Shown here piece by piece: positions 13,172 to 27,387 of a DNA stretch of 64,000 bases; the first letter of the stretch is position 1; the number at the start of each line of letters is the position of its first letter. The translations under genes and the position numbers were made by a program. The notes beneath the pieces were generated by a model. That model ran no database searches and was not told where the DNA came from. It worked only from the letters and a program-made list of their open reading frames with translations. Source of the stretch: Cenococcum geophilum (taxonomy: Eukaryota). The stretch is taken from assembly GCA_050273025.1 (NCBI GenBank), contig CP158635.1, positions 806,001 to 870,000 on the forward strand, read 5' to 3'.

Positions 13172-13729
13172 TATCTAAGCAATATAATTTAGGAATAATC
13201 CTTAGATTTACAAATAAAGATAAATAGATATTTAGCGCACTATATAAGGCTAATCCCCTTAACCTATAAGGAGATATCCTTCTTACTCTTCCCTAGTATT
13301 ACTAGCTAGATCTTCCATCACTATAGGTTCCGGTAACAGCATAGCAGGTCTTCTAAAATGGATTTAACTGGGCTTATAAAAGCGCACCACAGTTACCTTA
13401 TCTCTATTAGTAGAAGATTTCTCCTGTATTCCTTTTATAATGCGAGGGGAGTAAATTGGCTTATCCTCTGATATAGGCCTACAAGAGCTCTTTTTAGGCC
13501 ATATTAGCGCACAACCGCATCCACAGAACATACTAATTTGTTTAATTTTCAGTTAAAGTAGTAATTAATCTTCTAGATTGAAATGGCTTAGATTAGCTTA
13601 GTAGTGTTTCTAGAGATACAAAAATTAATTATAATAAAAGCACGCTTAAATAGACCATTAAAAGGTAGAGGCGCCTTATAAATAATAGTTGCCGTTTTAG
13701 AAATAGACCTAATATAGAGGGTATATTAC

Positions 13730-14288
13730 TAGGAGTACTATTGTTCCGTATATTAACGGGCCCAAAACCGGGTCCTTGGCCGGAAGTAGGTCCTAGATAA
13801 TAATAGCAAAAGGGACACATTTTAGGTCCCTAAGTTTCCCGCCTAAAAACTGGCACTTAGCAATGTTTTCCACTATATTACCATTAAAGTGTACCCCTAC
13901 TTATCTTATAAACGACAACATAGATACTAACTCCAGCTATAAAACTGAGATTTTAACTATATAACCCTCTACCCTAAATAAAACTTTCTCCATTAAAACC
14001 TTAATAAAAAGGGTGGAAGAGTTTTAGAAAAGGGACTAACTGGAGACTCTTAAAAGGCTTATAAGGGAGAATTTCCTCTTACAGCGACGTCTTGTACGCT
14101 ATTAGGAATACTAGTATTCTACACTTAATTTACTATAAAAGGCCTATAAAGCTATTCAGTCAATATACAATGCGCTTAAAAAATACACTCGTAAGAAAAT
14201 AGCGGCTAAGTAAGACTGGCTTACGTTCTAGGGAATTAGAATGAAATCTACTAAAGATTTAGGATATAGTCCAGGTAGATAGATTTAG
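13730..14288 (+). pseudogene. Module gene 2, copy B
   Basis: Collinear with 6410..6944 and shares the DWL.F(W)GI...WI* terminus. Confidence 0.6.
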
Positions 14289-14574
14289 CTATATTAATGT
14301 TGCTTTAAGGGCTAGCAACTTTTATCTCTTTATTAGTAATTGCTTTAATAGTTTATAGGCATACTTCCGATATATTGCATTATAAAGGCCTAAAACTTTA
14401 ACGTCCGTCCCTTAGTCAAGAGACGCACCCTATAAAGAGACAAATTATAGGTACTTTGTGTTAGATATAATAAAATAAAATAGCCGCGTTCCGGAATTTA
14501 TCTTTCTATTTAGATTAAAGATTAAAGTTAATCTAAAGCTTATAAGCTTTACTAAATAGAAAATTATATATATA

Positions 14575-15481
14575 GGGATTAAATATATGCTTAAGCCACT
14601 CTAAGCTAATCTTAGAGTCGGTATATCCAGATTTGGAGCACGCATACTGCCATCTAAGGGTTTAGAACGTGGTCTAGTTACTTTAATAGGTAGTAGCAGG
14701 CCAAATAATCATAGGTGTTAAATACCTACCGTCAGCGCTAATGCATTCGATTATAGTAACCATCGTTTGCTTAATACGCGCACCTCTATAGTCTTATATA
14801 TCGTCCTTACCTATAAGGACCTTAACGGAGCCTAGCATAGATAGCATTACTCTAGTCTTATCCATGTTATATATATTTTCTACCAAAATGGCTAGATCTT
14901 ATAATACCTACCCAATCTTCTTAAACCAGTCTATAATCTTCTTATAGATATTTTTCTCATAACGGTTCCAGTCCAGCGCCTTAACTATTCTTACTTTAAG
15001 TTCTAGATAACAATTCTCTAGGGCCTTAGCCCAATTCTTACCTAGGGGTTTACATAGTCTTTCCTATATCGGCCAGTTACAGGTAGTAAGGAAGGCTATT
15101 AAAGATATATACTTTATCCGCACTAGCTATCCAAGATAAGACATTTATAATAAGAAATCTACGACGGCTTTATCTTCGTATAGGTTAAGATACTCTTAGC
15201 TTTTAGCCTTCTCTTTAATTAACTATCGTCCCTCTATACGATAATAGAGGGTAGTATAAGGAACTTTCCTATAATCTGCTAGTATATGGTATAATTTAGG
15301 AACGCTAGAAGGCACTCCTTATGCTAGTACTTAACTAGCTCAGTTTATATTAGCTTACTATGGTAATAGTAATAGGAGGGAATAAACAATAGTAAGGTGG
15401 GTAAAAGACAGCGCGGAGTCAGGGACCGAGCCAAACCCTAAAAAATAGCCTATTTTAGGCATATCCATTTTTAGCCGCCCT
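14575..15481 (-). mobile_element. 3'-truncated Fot1/pogo-like (Tc1/mariner superfamily) DDE transposon relic
   Basis: Minus strand reads GKNWAKALEN..ALDWNR..ENIYNMD(E)T(G)VMLSMLGSVKVL..IECISADGRYL.PMIIWPATT..SGYTDSKISLEWLK, typical of fungal pogo transposases. TIR-like CAGGGCGGCTAAAAATGGA at 15481. Similarity stops near 14575. Confidence 0.9.
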
Positions 15482-16064
15482 GGTTTCCAAATCCTTAGAT
15501 TTTTAAGGCCGTACTAGGCGGCAATCAAGGAGCAGAAAGCTGCGAGAGTTCCAATATCCTTAGCGAACCTTGAATTTTCTATACTAACTCTAAACGTTCA
15601 ATTAATAACACGCGTATAGGGCTGTAAGCTATGGCTCAGGAACGAGCGAATTATACTTTAAGGAGTTATATAACCCTAGTCTATACTTTATAAACCCTTA
15701 GGAGTGCGGGGAGACTAATATACAGAAGATAGAGCCCACTCTTTACAATAGGGTCTTATAAATGTCAATAGAGGCGTTAATAGATTAAACTTAAAAAGAA
15801 CTAATAAATCTATAATGCTATTTCAGGTGCAAGTCAATATAAATTAGCTGTAAACGTAGGAGACTTAACTATAAAGTCGATTCCTTATCACGTAATTTAA
15901 CGGCGCTAATGTGGCGAAGTACTTTGCTACGATGTAGCTAAGAACCTAAAACAACTCCGGTCCTAACAAGCCGCCCCTTAGTAATAAATAATCGCATAAC
16001 TCTACTTAATCTATATTCTACCTAACGTCTTCCATACAATACCGCGGTTTAAGAGCCCCTAAAA

Positions 16065-16947
16065 ATGCAAATTAGATAGCCAAAGAGCTATATAAGAGAT
16101 AATTTAGTAAACTAGGGAAGCTTTAGCTTTGTTTATCTAGACGCCTTATTAGGGAGTGTTATTAAGATCCCTTACTTCGAAAATAATAATATAATTCTCA
16201 TTAAAAGAGCTATATACGAGCGCTTTAACAAATATGGCGGTAATATAGGGCTTTTATAATATCAAGGGCGTTGCAACGCTAGTATTCGGCTTAAGTTTAT
16301 AAGTAATTATAATCTCTAAGCCCATCTTTAAGATTATAAGGATAACGTTACTTTAGAACAGCAGCTTTAATAGGGACAGGAAATTGCGGATACGGTCGCT
16401 TTTATCTATTCAAACGGCGTGATCCATAGGGACCTACAATGCTGTAATATTCTCTTAGACCAAGATTTGCATACAAAAGTCGCCGACTTTAGTAGCTTAT
16501 CTTTAGATGGCTCTGCTCTCCTTGTTACCGTAGCTTATAGTTATTAATACCCTAGAGAGCTACTATCGGTATAGGCAGACATCTTCGCCCTTAGATCTAC
16601 CCTATATAAGGTAGTAAGTAGCCAGACTTCTTTTAATAGTTAGACTAATAAAGAGATTAAAGAGTTATTTAAAAGCTATTAATTCCCTAACATAGAACAC
16701 TTAGGTCTTATAGGCCATATCATTATAAACTACTAAGAAGGAAATTACTACAGTGCAGATAAAGTCGCAGAAAAATTCAAAGGTATGTTATTTTCGCTAA
16801 AAACTTCGTTGCTAATAATAAGTCTAGAGAGCCGTTAAATTACTCCTAAATCCTTCGATCCCTCTAAAACAGTAGTATTAGCCTTTATAATATCGGCATT
16901 TAGGTTACTTGCGGCAGTCTTATAGGTTTGGAGATTAGTACGTTAAT
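16065..16947 (+). pseudogene. Ser/Thr-type protein kinase with C-terminal hydrophobic tail
   Basis: VIKIP, ERAIYERF, VIH(G)DLQCCNILLD..KVADF, ADIFAL(G)STLY motifs. GT..CTAA..AG intron at about 16783..16826. Confidence 0.9.
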
Positions 16948-18889
16948 AAGCACACTTAACGTCAAATATACTATTAGATATAGTTAGGGCAATTTCCTTT
17001 CGCCAAGGAACTACCTAATTGTATAATTACTCCGTTTTTACCCTTTATCGGCTTTTGGTTTAAGTAAGGAGTTTTACTATCTAGTGCGTTTAGGCAATAG
17101 TCCCAGATCTTATAGTCGACTATATAGTTACACGCATACTTTTTAGGAAAAGATATATAGTGGTATATCTTATTTACCGTGCTCTCGCAGTATAATTTAA
17201 TAAATATTTATAGACGTCTTGGAAGGTTTTAAGATGGTAGTTAATATTTAAAATATTTAATAATAGGAAGCGGGGAAGAGATTACGTGCCTATAATGATG
17301 CTAAAATATATTCTAAAAATAGGATAGTGTTAAAATTAATACTATAAAAATACAGTTTAATATAAGCATGCTAATGCATATTAATACATACTAAATCATC
17401 ACGCCTTAGTAGACATCCCTCCTCCGCCTAGCGAAATTCCCTAAATACATATTTATAAAAGCAGAGTGTTTTAAAACTTTTAAATTATATATTTTTTTAA
17501 TAGAGCTATTAATCTAGGACCCTAAAATTTATACTTAGGCCTATAGTTATAATAGAGTAGGGGGGAATAGCTAAAGTAGCTCTTGACGCCACTAATAGGA
17601 CGATCAATAGCATAACCGACTATAGTTATTTTCTCGCTATAGAGTGGTTTCTATATAAAGAAATAGCTGAAGAATAAGAAGATATTAAGTATAACTTTAT
17701 TAACTTCCGAGTAAAAGACTTTAGAGGTTAAAACCGCAAATTTGTCTCTTAACGGGGTGCGTCTCTTAACCCAGGGACGGATATTAAATCTCTTTAATCT
17801 AGATTTCTTATATACTCCTCTAACTACGTTAAAGAGATAAGTAGAGACGCTAGGTAACCCCCTCCCTCCCTCTAATAAAGGCTTTTTTAAGCAGCCGTAA
17901 TACAGGCAAAACATAGTACATTATATAAGAAATTAATATAGTGCGCGCACTTGCAAATTCCAAAAGGTGCTAAATAGTAACCGAGTAATAATAGGGGTAA
18001 GAGAAGGCGGGTTATTATTTAAGCTATATACGTTTTAGTAGCCAGTTATATAGAGCCTAGAGCTTAATTATATAAGGATAGCCTATTTTGCTCCTAAAAA
18101 TAAGCGGTCCTAAAAATAGACTTCTTTTAACTAAGAATGTTGCCCACATATTCCTACTAGGGTTAGGCAGTTAAGCACCTTATTAGAATAGAAAAGAGAT
18201 ATAATAGATATATTCCTCTATCTCTACAGAGTCCCATACTAATAAATAGTCGCTCGCTATACAAATTCCACTTAGAGTAACTAACAAGCTATCGGCCAGC
18301 AACAGCGTAAAGTATCCCCAAATAACCCAGCTACTTTGACTTTATGCTATCTTTAAGCTCTCCTACTACGCTATCTATAGTCCGCTTAAGTTCTGCAGTC
18401 TATACCTTTAACTTTTTAACAGAAGTATCGATCTCCTAATAAAACCTATTACGTTATTAGAAATCGAACTATTAGTAGGTCTTAAACTATTACCTTATCT
18501 TCTATTTCTCTAATCTATAAGCATATATTAGCTGCGTTTAAAAACTTCCCGCCTATATAGAGACTTACTCATTCTGCTAGTTCCTAAAATTATTTTAAAA
18601 GTTTTTAAAATCATTCTATAGGGTTATAAAAAGCTCTTTAAGTTTCTCCGCTCTATTTTAAAGCCCTAAAACGACTTGCTTAAGTTCCTTAAGTCCCTCT
18701 TTCTTACTTAATAGCTCAAATAAAACATTTTAATCTTTAATAGTAGGCTATATCTACAGCAGCGAATCGTCTAGGATTATGGCCGGAAGACTGGATAGAT
18801 TATCCTATACGGGCCATCCCTAGGCGGTTATTGGCAGATTGGCTATGCCAATCAAATTATATAATACGTCCATAAATAGTTGCGCATAG

Positions 18890-20800
18890 TGCTTATCGGG
18901 AAGCCATGGCGGAAAATCGCACGATTTATAGCAAGGGTAGCTTTCTAAATAGGTAAAGTCCTACTATGATATCTTAGTAACTGCCTAGTTAGCGGCTAAC
19001 TAAGAGACTTACTATATACTCTATGTAGACATAGTAGCATACAAACACTTATATTGTCATTAGTTTTAAGCGTTAATCGTTCCCTTAAATATTACGCTTT
19101 TACCTTCTACTACTACAGAGTAAAGAATTAATGGAAATAGTCTATGCTTAGTGGCTTAGACCTATTCCTATTTTATTATTATAGCTTAGACTAATCTCTC
19201 CCCTTAAAACCAAGGTTTTAGATTTAATATCTTATTGCTACGCCTTGTCCTAACTCCTATTCCCCATAGGTTAATTATAAATAACTATAGATTTATACTA
19301 TCTTCTAGCATTAAAGACGAGAGTCTATTAGTACTAAAATGCATAGTAATCCTGTCCTTAAGGATTATTATCCCTTTATACTGTCCGCCTTAAAGCCAGT
19401 CCCGCGCCTCTTCCATAGCCAGATCTACAGCCCCCTCACTCCTTAATAACCTCTTATTAGCATCCGCTGTAAATAGCTAAAGTCTTATATGCAATCGTTG
19501 GTGTGCTAAATACTTTTAGAGATAGCCTCTATCCTTATAAAGCTTTTTATTAATTAAAGTTTAAAGATAAAGCTCCTATACATTAGATATATTTATTTAT
19601 AATAGCCGTGTTCTATTTAAGAGTGCATAGTAGATTTTAAAATTATAGTTAAGGCCTTTCTACTATAATTCTTATAAGAGGGTATACTAAGTACCTAAAA
19701 ACTAGAACCCCGTAAGGAACCAAAATATAGTCCCTCTAGATTAGGAAGGGCCCCTAAGGCAGCAAAAAAGAATACGGCTTATATTAAACTTCCTTTATTT
19801 AGCAAAAGTGGTTAAGAACTAACGCTAGTTTTCTTTAGCTATTCTAAGAGGTAATTAGTGACGTTAGTATAGTATTATACCCCTAGCGAAGGAGTTTACC
19901 GCCTACCACTTGCGCGCCCCCTACGCCGTAATATTAGGTATACCCCTTAGCGAACAACTATCCGGCGTCTTACCTTATTAATAAGATAATAGGTCCGTGT
20001 ATATAATACTAAAAGTTCATTAATCTAGGCTCCTTATTGGCTAAAATCTTATTAATAATATTAGATATAACTCGACGGTTAAAGGGATAGGGCTAGGAAT
20101 TTGCCTATTACTTACACGTCCTCCTCTTAGCAGTATAGGGCGTCCTCCTTAGCGCCACAATATGGGGTATATCTCTTGGCGAAGGACTATAGGGCTAGGA
20201 GTTTGCCTATTACTTACGCGTCCTCTATCCGCGCCGCAACATATACCATTCCGTCGGACTTCTTAGAAGTTTTTAGAATTTCTAGGCTCAGTAATAGTAA
20301 TTTTAGCTTTAAATAAAACTTTAAAGTGCAGACATAGCGCTTAAACTTTATTTTAGAGCTTATCCTCTCCTAGGAGGTATAAATAGTAACATTTGCACTA
20401 AACAGCACCGCCCGCTTAGGCTCTATATAACTCTAACTTTTCTTCTTTTTACGGATATAAGGCATTCCATCTATTAAGCTAGAAGACACTAATTTAAGCT
20501 AAAGTCTACTAATCTAAGCCAGAGCCCTCTAATATACGCCGTCCTTTAGTTAAAATATGGCCCCTTAATAGCCCGGACGTTATATTAAACGTAGTAATAT
20601 AGTCTAGGTAAAACCTAAAAGTCTTAGGTACCAGTTCTATCTAATTTATTAGGTGACCCGCATTAACACATAAAGAGAACTATTAAGTTCTCACATTAAC
20701 GCTTAACCTTAATCTCTTCCTGTTAACTAGCAACTTCTTACTATTAATAATAGGCTTTACGATACTTTATAGATTATAGGTATCTCTTATACAAACCTAT
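18890..20800 (-). pseudogene. Module gene 3, copy B (more complete), unknown function
   Basis: Long protein-like frame after reverting RIP (VTNYLLEQLK...AVDLAMEEARDWL). Paralog at 6990..8000. Boundaries approximate. Confidence 0.55.
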
Positions 20801-20910
20801 ATAACTTTTGAGCTACACTCGCTGCCTACAAGCAGAACTGTCTTTAGTGCGCTAATATATACAAATCTCTATATATATAGTATAAGAAAGCGATTATAGA
20901 ACTTAGCGAC

Positions 20911-21459
20911 ATGGCAAATAAGTATCTGTCCCTATATTAGGAACTAGAAAGTACTTAAAAAACCATTTATACCTATAAGTCTAGGATTTAAGAATATAAG
21001 CGACGTCTAGGTAGTAAGGCCATTTTAGGTAACAATAAGGACTATAATATAAGTAAGGCAGACTAGGATACGGTAGAAAATGCCACCGTAATAAAGGAGG
21101 TACTCGAAGGCAGGATTAAGGAGCTCTTAAATAAGAAGGCTAAGATAATACGGGGGTATACGAACAAAAAGTCTAAGATAATATAAGATTATAAGAATAA
21201 GAAGTCTAAGATAATACGAGATTATCTAAACGAAAAGTCTAAGATAATATAAGATTATTAAAATGCATTAATTAATGCTGCTAATCGTATTAGTGCTACC
21301 AAGAGCAAAATTAGTAAATTTAAGCGGATGCAATTAGAATTAGTAGGCCTAAAGTCATCTCCGGAACCGATCCGGTCCCTAAGTGTTGGGAAAAAACCAC
21401 ATAGAAAGAGCTTAGAGCAGTAGGTAATGCCCCTTAGGAGGGGCAAAAAGTATAGGTAG
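20911..21459 (+). pseudogene. Small coiled-coil protein with four 11-aa repeats
   Basis: Single frame from ATG 20911 with RIP stops; four 33-bp units at 21130..21261 (reconstructed NEKSEMIRDHx). Confidence 0.65.
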
Positions 21460-22959
21460 GTAGCAATGGGGCGTAATATAGGGATATAAAAGTATAATAG
21501 AGTTAAAGAATAGCACTAGCATTCTCTTGTTTTTAGAGCGTATAGTAGGCATATAGTTACACTTGTTTATATATTAGTTAGTTTTAATTTCATCTTTAAA
21601 TAGCGTCTCTCCCTAATGCCAACATTTAACTAAGTAAAAACTTTAGACCGTTAAATGCTGATAACTATATAAAGGGTCCAAGAACTAATACCCTATATCT
21701 AGCACAAGCTAGAAGAGTAGCCACTAAATTAATTAGCGAGAAGTTACTAATATTATTCTCCTATATTACTAGAACTTTTATATCTCCCTTATAGAAAGGA
21801 TATAGCTTACGCTAGGTATAAGCTTTTCTAAGCTCCGCGGACCCTAGTATTATAGTAGAAGCCGTAAACTAGAACCCTATAATTTCTAAATCTAATACGG
21901 ACTAAAAGTGGGCCCTAAGCACTAATAGTAAACGACTTTCGCCCCTAGCGTAATGCTATAAAGATACAAATCTATAGCCGTAAGCATAAACCTATAGATA
22001 ACTCTTAATATAAGAATTATGCCCAGACATAAGCGAATAAAAATCTATCTTCTCCCCCCTACTTCTAATAGACCTCCAACGCCTACCGCTGCTAATATAG
22101 AAATTAGCTGCAATAATAAGTCACCTGTAGTAATTAAAGCGACTAAAGACAAATTATAAATATCTAAGGAAATGCCGACTCTTAATCTTTAATAGATGCT
22201 TAAGCGGACGACGCGGGAGAATGGCTAGCTTACGCTAGAGCTTCGGCGTCTATGGCAAAAGTACTATAAAAGTATATATATTGTAGTAAAAGCAAGGCTT
22301 GTTATTAAATCCCTTTAATAGGTACTTAATAATTGCCAAAAGTTATAGAAGGAAATTGAGGATGAAATTGCGTAGGGGTTAAATTAAGTTAAAATAATCG
22401 CCAAAATTATATTGCCAATATATCGTTAACTAACGATCTTTAGTACCGGCTTCCTTACTATATATATATAAAGGTTCCAAAGCCTATTTTTAGAGTTAGA
22501 ATCTTTAATTTATCCCTATCTATAAACCCTCCCAATTAATAAAATATTAGTTCCTTTAGATATACTCTAATAACTTCCTACAGTTAAAATACTATAATCT
22601 CCAACCTACTTTCTATCCAGCTAAGTGATTACAATTACTATATCCGTACAATGCTTAGGGTATAACTAGCGAGCTGCATTTACTAAATTGCAAGAGGACT
22701 TTAGAGACTTTTAGGTATTTAAGAAAATCTACCCCTTTAAATCTATAAGCTTTGCAGTGTATAGGAATTAAATAAGTAACTTAATTATAAATCTATGGAA
22801 ATTAAGCAGTATAAATATATAAAAGTAGACCCTAAACTCTAAAGCTTATAACTTATTTCTAACGTATCTAAGACATATAAGGGTAGTGCTGATGTAGGTA
22901 AAATAGGGTAATATATAAGGTCCGGTAGTTGGTTATAAAATCTATTATATTAAGCAAAC

Positions 22960-24805
22960 CTACACACTTCCTCTAATGTCCTTTAATCTTTTAAGATTGA
23001 ATACACTCCTTAGCCGCCCGTTATATCCTCTAGGTAAGTATAGATAAAAGTCCAGTTCCTTTAAATAAATATCCTTATCCAACATGCGTTAAACAATCTC
23101 GCGAATCTTATTGCTCGTCTTATTATTTATGCATACTATTTTTATATTCAGCAGTGATTAAAAGGCGGACTAGTCGTTATAACTTATAAGAAACCACTAT
23201 ACGACCCTTTTGACCTTCAATTTTAGATCTAATCAGACTTTTAGCGTTTATAATAGTGTACGTTATACTAATACGCTCTCTAAGGTAAATAATATCTCCT
23301 TACTTTATTTAGCTAGAAAGATAGTTACCTAAGATAAAAAGCTAAATGTCTAGAATCTAACACCTAATTAATATAAATACCTTATATTATATCTAGAAGT
23401 AGATAAACCTTATTAATGTCTCTACTAAGCAGCTTTACTATTATATTAGCGACCTAAGCCGCATGCACTTTAGAGAGGTTATTAGTAAGTTATTCCTATA
23501 GAAGTATAAGAGAGCTTACGTTTAGAGTCTAATTCCTAAAATAAAGCGATCCTTTAGGTTTTTACTTCGCAATTATAGCATCCCTCTAGAAGCTATATAA
23601 TATACGAAAGCTAACCTACTATTCCAATCCCTGTAGCAAATAGTAAGACCGTCCTATATAATTCGAGGTTAAGTTTATTCCTATACGGTCCCTTAATTAC
23701 GGCTCTTATTTTAGAATTATGGACGAGATTATTATTAGCGTATAAGAATAGGCTCCTAGTAAATCTACTCCTTTTCTAGATAATTAAAACCATAACATTA
23801 TTGCCCTTGGCATCGCGATACCACTAGGATACGTAAAAGGGATGTGACTGCGTAAATAAGGTATAGTTCACTCCTAAAATATAGAGGTATATATACTAGC
23901 CAGCTTGAGGCTTCTAAGGCCTTAATAGTTGGATATATATATAGACTGCATCCGGAATGGGTATCTCCCTCCTATAAGGTATCTTAATAGCTATTTGTCG
24001 TATTCTTGCTTAATTTAGCGGCTTTCTATACTTAACGTTGCGGTATAGCACTTGACTAAATTGTAGGACAGCTATAAATATCTAAAGGCATATTGCTGCG
24101 AATAAATATACCGCTAGCGGCGTTAATAACTCTTTAGATGGACTATAAAGATATATTATAGCTATAACTATAGCGCCAAGTATTAGGTGGAGCTTCGAGA
24201 AGATTTTATAGGCGTATTGACGTATACTAGCGACAGAAGAGAGCAGCACGATAGCTATAGTAATAGCAGCCTAAAGAGCTCTATTAGCTTATATTTGCTT
24301 CCTAGAACTAAATTTAGCTTATTATTAGCGCCGCCACATCTAAATATGTACGTAGGTTAGGCTTCCGTAAAGATATAGCCGCCGCCGTATAAATAAGGCC
24401 TTTAACTATAGCCACTCTTCCTAATTATTAGTGTATTTAGGCGTAGGTACTAAGCCTAATTCTATAGCGGCTAGCAATAAGATTTATCTAGGCCCCTAAT
24501 AACAGTGGCGTAAGATTAATCGTAGACATTAGTCTAGAGCGTCTTATCAGCCTAGAAATATCTTTAACTTAGACAGTAATGTAAAGAACGTTTGCTACTA
24601 AGAATGCCAGAATTAAAACCGTGTTAAATAGCGTTGTCTTTCCAGAACCTCTTAAATATTAATAGATCTGTAGATAAAATACGTACTTGTAAAAATAAAA
24701 TATTGCGTAGGTACGGGCGAATTTAATAGTTTTTAATAGCGGAGAAGCGGTAATAAATAAAGCTACAAGGCCTAAGCCCACTAAATACCATTGTATAATA
24801 TCCAT
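22960..24805 (-). pseudogene. Ferric reductase / NADPH oxidase-family transmembrane oxidoreductase (Starship FRE-type)
   Basis: Transmembrane helices with heme His (..H..LGRVAIV.GLI; YEIFSKLHLIL), FAD motif QSHPFYVS, NADPH motifs (E)GPY(G) and VLLFATGIGI.G, C-terminal LKELDF; several introns. Confidence 0.9.
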
Positions 24806-25649
24806 AGTAAGTAAGAACGGTGATTTTCAAAGCCTATAAGCGCGGCGTACGCTTACTATCCGTGCTTTATGTTTAACCAACTTTAGCTTAGAATATACTA
24901 ACATTAGTTATACTTTAAAAAGGTAGGATAACGGAAATAGGTCCTTTGCCAAGAGCAGTAATATTATTAGATTGGCGGCAATTTAGCGTGCTAGATAGAG
25001 CCAACTTATTCTAGCAGTAGATTGAGTACTTTTATTAGTGGCATTAAGTGGATTTAAGAGCTTTGGCGCTTTTAAAGCGCTAATACTATACCTAAAATAG
25101 AAGTCCTTAAGTAGTAACAGGTACGTGTATAGGGGGAAGTAGTTAGGGCAGTAAGGGGCATAAGCTTACATAGTTACTACCTATATACATACTATACACG
25201 GGCCTATCCCATTCTTCTATAATATACTTTAATTAGATATAAGTTTAATAAGTCTAAAATTATATCTATTTTTTTTCTTCTAATACCTAAAATATATTAA
25301 GACTTGCTATAAATAGTATATATTAAAACTGGAGCGCTGCGGCGCTTAATAGATGGAGTGGATTTTGCCTTAAATCTACGCTACGCTAATCTAATAAGAT
25401 TACCGGCTAAGAGCCTTAAGCTTTTTTTAAAAATAGAATTTTCGCTAATATACGGCCGGCGATCCAAGACTAAAGGATTAGGAATATTTACATACTTTAT
25501 AGTGTACACTATAGCGAAGCAAAAGCAGTTAGTTAAACTTTATAATAAGCAACTAAAGAGACAGTTGGATGGCCTAAAAAGTAAATACTACTAGTATAGA
25601 AAGCTAGAAAATATTAATTTAGCATTAATTATCTAGAACCGCAAAAAAA

Positions 25650-26240
25650 AAGAGATCTATATATATATATTAATAGATCTAGAGTTATAGTGGCCGTCTA
25701 AGGAGCAAGTTATAAGTGGGTAGTTAAGTTACAGGTATCTTTACTTCTAACGTCCAGTAAGCAGCTAGCGCATCCTAAGTCTATAAACAAGCTACCTATA
25801 GATATAGAGAGAATTAGGTTAGGAAAGTATTTAAGGCCTATAAGTACGGCTAGGAAGAAGAGATTAAAAAAGGTTAGGGAAGCGATTATATCTAGGGAAT
25901 TAATATCTAAAGAAGGGCAGATATCGGAAATAAATTTACCTAAAAGATTAGTTATAAAAGACGCACTAATCTTTCTAGAACTGCTATCGTTTAATTTAAC
26001 TATACTAAAGAGGAGAAAAGTATAAGCGGGTTTCCTTCGGCGTCTACTATATTAGGACTGTGGTTATTAGGAGTTAAATAGAGGAGGTAATAGTAAGGGT
26101 GTAGCCTTAGGCTTAATAGATTAGAGGGGAGCGAGGAAGTGTATAATCAGAGTTATAAGATAAGTTAGAAATTAGCGTATAATAAGACATAAAAGTATCT
26201 ATTACGACTTAGGTTTATAGGTAAGAGAATATAGTTGCAT
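25650..26240 (-). pseudogene. Unknown protein whose Pro-rich N-terminus is paralogous to 36460..36620
   Basis: Shared block encoding about QxIEPxATPLPLPPLF in both places. Confidence 0.4.
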
Positions 26241-27387
26241 TAAGTGGGCAGCACCTTTCGTATTCCGCTATAGGGAACTTTATAGCATATGTAACAAAAC
26301 GACTACTACCTAACTCCACTATCACTATTATCAATAATAACAATAACGTTATTTTCGAGTCGTAAGCTAATATAGCACCATCCGCCTAAGTATTTAAACC
26401 CTTACACACCGCGCTAAAAGCCCCGCATTAGACAGTTTACAAACACTCTACCTACCTTAGTTAATTTCATTCTACCTATATAATCTTAAAACGTTAAAAC
26501 CGAACTAAACCCTTATTATACGGCATAATCAGCATATTAAGCACCTTAACAGACTTCCTATGCAATGACCCCTTAGGGTATTAAGGTATTAGAGGTTATA
26601 AAGGGCATAGATATAATTAATATAAAGATAAATAGGGAACAACTTAAGGGCTAGTTAATTTGGCTTTAAAGGCTATAGATAGAGTCGATACTAAAACTTA
26701 AAGGGGACGTTAAAGGTGCTATAAAATCACTTAAGGAACGCCTTTAGAGCTAGGTCGACAAGGTCAGAAGTGCATTAATATAATATGGCAATTCAAAAAT
26801 ACCTAGATAATCCCATCCGACCTATTATAGCGCCTATTTAAAATCGGAAATAGCCAAAGAGTGTCTTAGGTTTTAGCAACGTGGGGCCTACGGTGCAGTA
26901 ACCTCTAACATTTAGGCGATTTCATACAGCAGAACGTAAGGTAGAGACGGATAATAGGTCTAAGTTAAGAGGGATTAGAAGAAGAGAACAATTTACAATA
27001 ATATAGTGAAATCGCTTATTTCGCAAGACAAATGTAGTAAGAGGCAGGATAGGATAACGCAGGTAGGGCTATAAGCGACGTTTATTTCTAAGAGGACTTA
27101 GGGAGAGGTTTTAGAACAACGTACCGCTATATTAGGACAAAGGATATCTTTTACGGTGCGGTGCTTAGATAGAGGGCTGCTTTAGATTTAACGGACCACC
27201 AATATATCTACGATTTTTCCTAAAAGCGGTCCCGTTAAAGGGCTAAAATTAAACCCTAAATATAACCCAATATAAATAAGTTGTGCTTAAATAGTAGTAA
27301 ATTCACTCTATATATACTATAACCTTATAAGAACCTAAACATTAATTTATTCTATCCTTTATCTTATAGCATTTCGCTATATCGCTA

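Noticed and set aside
23084..23300. Plus-strand signal-anchor-like frame MR.TISRILLLVLLF
   Set aside because: Antisense to the ferric reductase C-terminus.
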